Shown here in pieces: positions 7,564 to 8,036 of a DNA stretch of 8,036 nt. Numbering within the stretch: the first letter of the stretch is position 1; the number at the start of each line of letters is the position of its first letter. The notes under the pieces were generated by a model that did no database searches, was not told the origin of the DNA, and worked only from the letters and a program-made list of their open reading frames with translations. Position numbers and translations under genes: made by a program. The stretch spans positions 1-8,036 of the forward strand of contig JBJCIZ010001352.1 of NCBI GenBank assembly GCA_051294375.1, given 5' to 3'. This DNA is from Paraspadella gotoi (taxonomy: Eukaryota; Animalia; Chaetognatha).

Positions 7564-8036
7564 AAAAGGAGGAGAATCGGTTGAAGGGTTTAGGGCTATT
7601 TGATTATAATACTAAAAAAATATACACTGAACAGATATTCAGTTTATTAAAAAAATTTAATCAATTTAGTTTAACCGAATTAATTAAATTAATATATAAG
7701 TGGTATTTTATTTCTCCTGCTTGCTTTCTTTACGCTTGCAAATCAAACGGTTAAATTAATATTGACGAGCGTAACCATTTCCACCGCATGGCTTGGTAAG
7801 TTTTCTTCTCGGGCTCCTATCGACCCTCACTGCGTCCGAAGAGTGAGCAAAGACGTGGACGAGTCGTGGCCAGCGCTAGCAGTTCTCCACTCTGCCCTCC
7901 ATCGACACTCCCACGGCCGTCGGATCCTCGCGCGCCGCGTGGGCCTCTGCGAGCCGCGACGGCCTGGATGCATCGCGATTCCGTCTTCACATCTCGAGAG
8001 AACCCAACGCCTCAACTGACCTCACTCCAGACCCCG

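Noticed and set aside
1-8036. Idea that the whole window is reversed or complemented ((GAC)n as reversed CAG, GGGATT as reversed TTAGGG)
   Set aside because: Direction-dependent signals read correctly as given: several GTAAGT/ACTTAC donors, pyrimidine-tract-CAG acceptors and the tRNA-like A box. Not fully excluded without a BLAST of the reversed sequence.

Overview
Eukaryotic, essentially non-coding DNA (intronic or intergenic) dominated by microsatellites ((AAT)n, (GAC)n, (GA/TC)n, (CCT)n) and alternating purine and pyrimidine tracts. CpG looks abundant rather than depleted. Together with ACG and GA repeats, this fits a lightly methylated arthropod genome such as Hymenoptera (inference only). 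None of the supplied ORFs is a credible gene: most are read-throughs of simple repeats or use TTG/GTG starts. I found no rRNA, intact tRNA, CRISPR array, operon or intact transposase. The most structured part is 31-243, where a tRNA-like head with an A box but no B box is followed by several hairpins and a twister-ribozyme-like motif set lacking the cleavage-site residues; this may be a decayed tRNA-derived SINE. Weaker signals are a possible LTR-retrotransposon integrase-tail remnant (about 1180-1390, minus strand), a 92-codon unannotated minus-strand frame (3256-3531), a helically phased GATA-site minisatellite (5616-5680), fold-back pairs of complementary microsatellites and G4-prone tracts. 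I cannot support a claim of a new biological system here; all the candidates are low confidence and need database searches.
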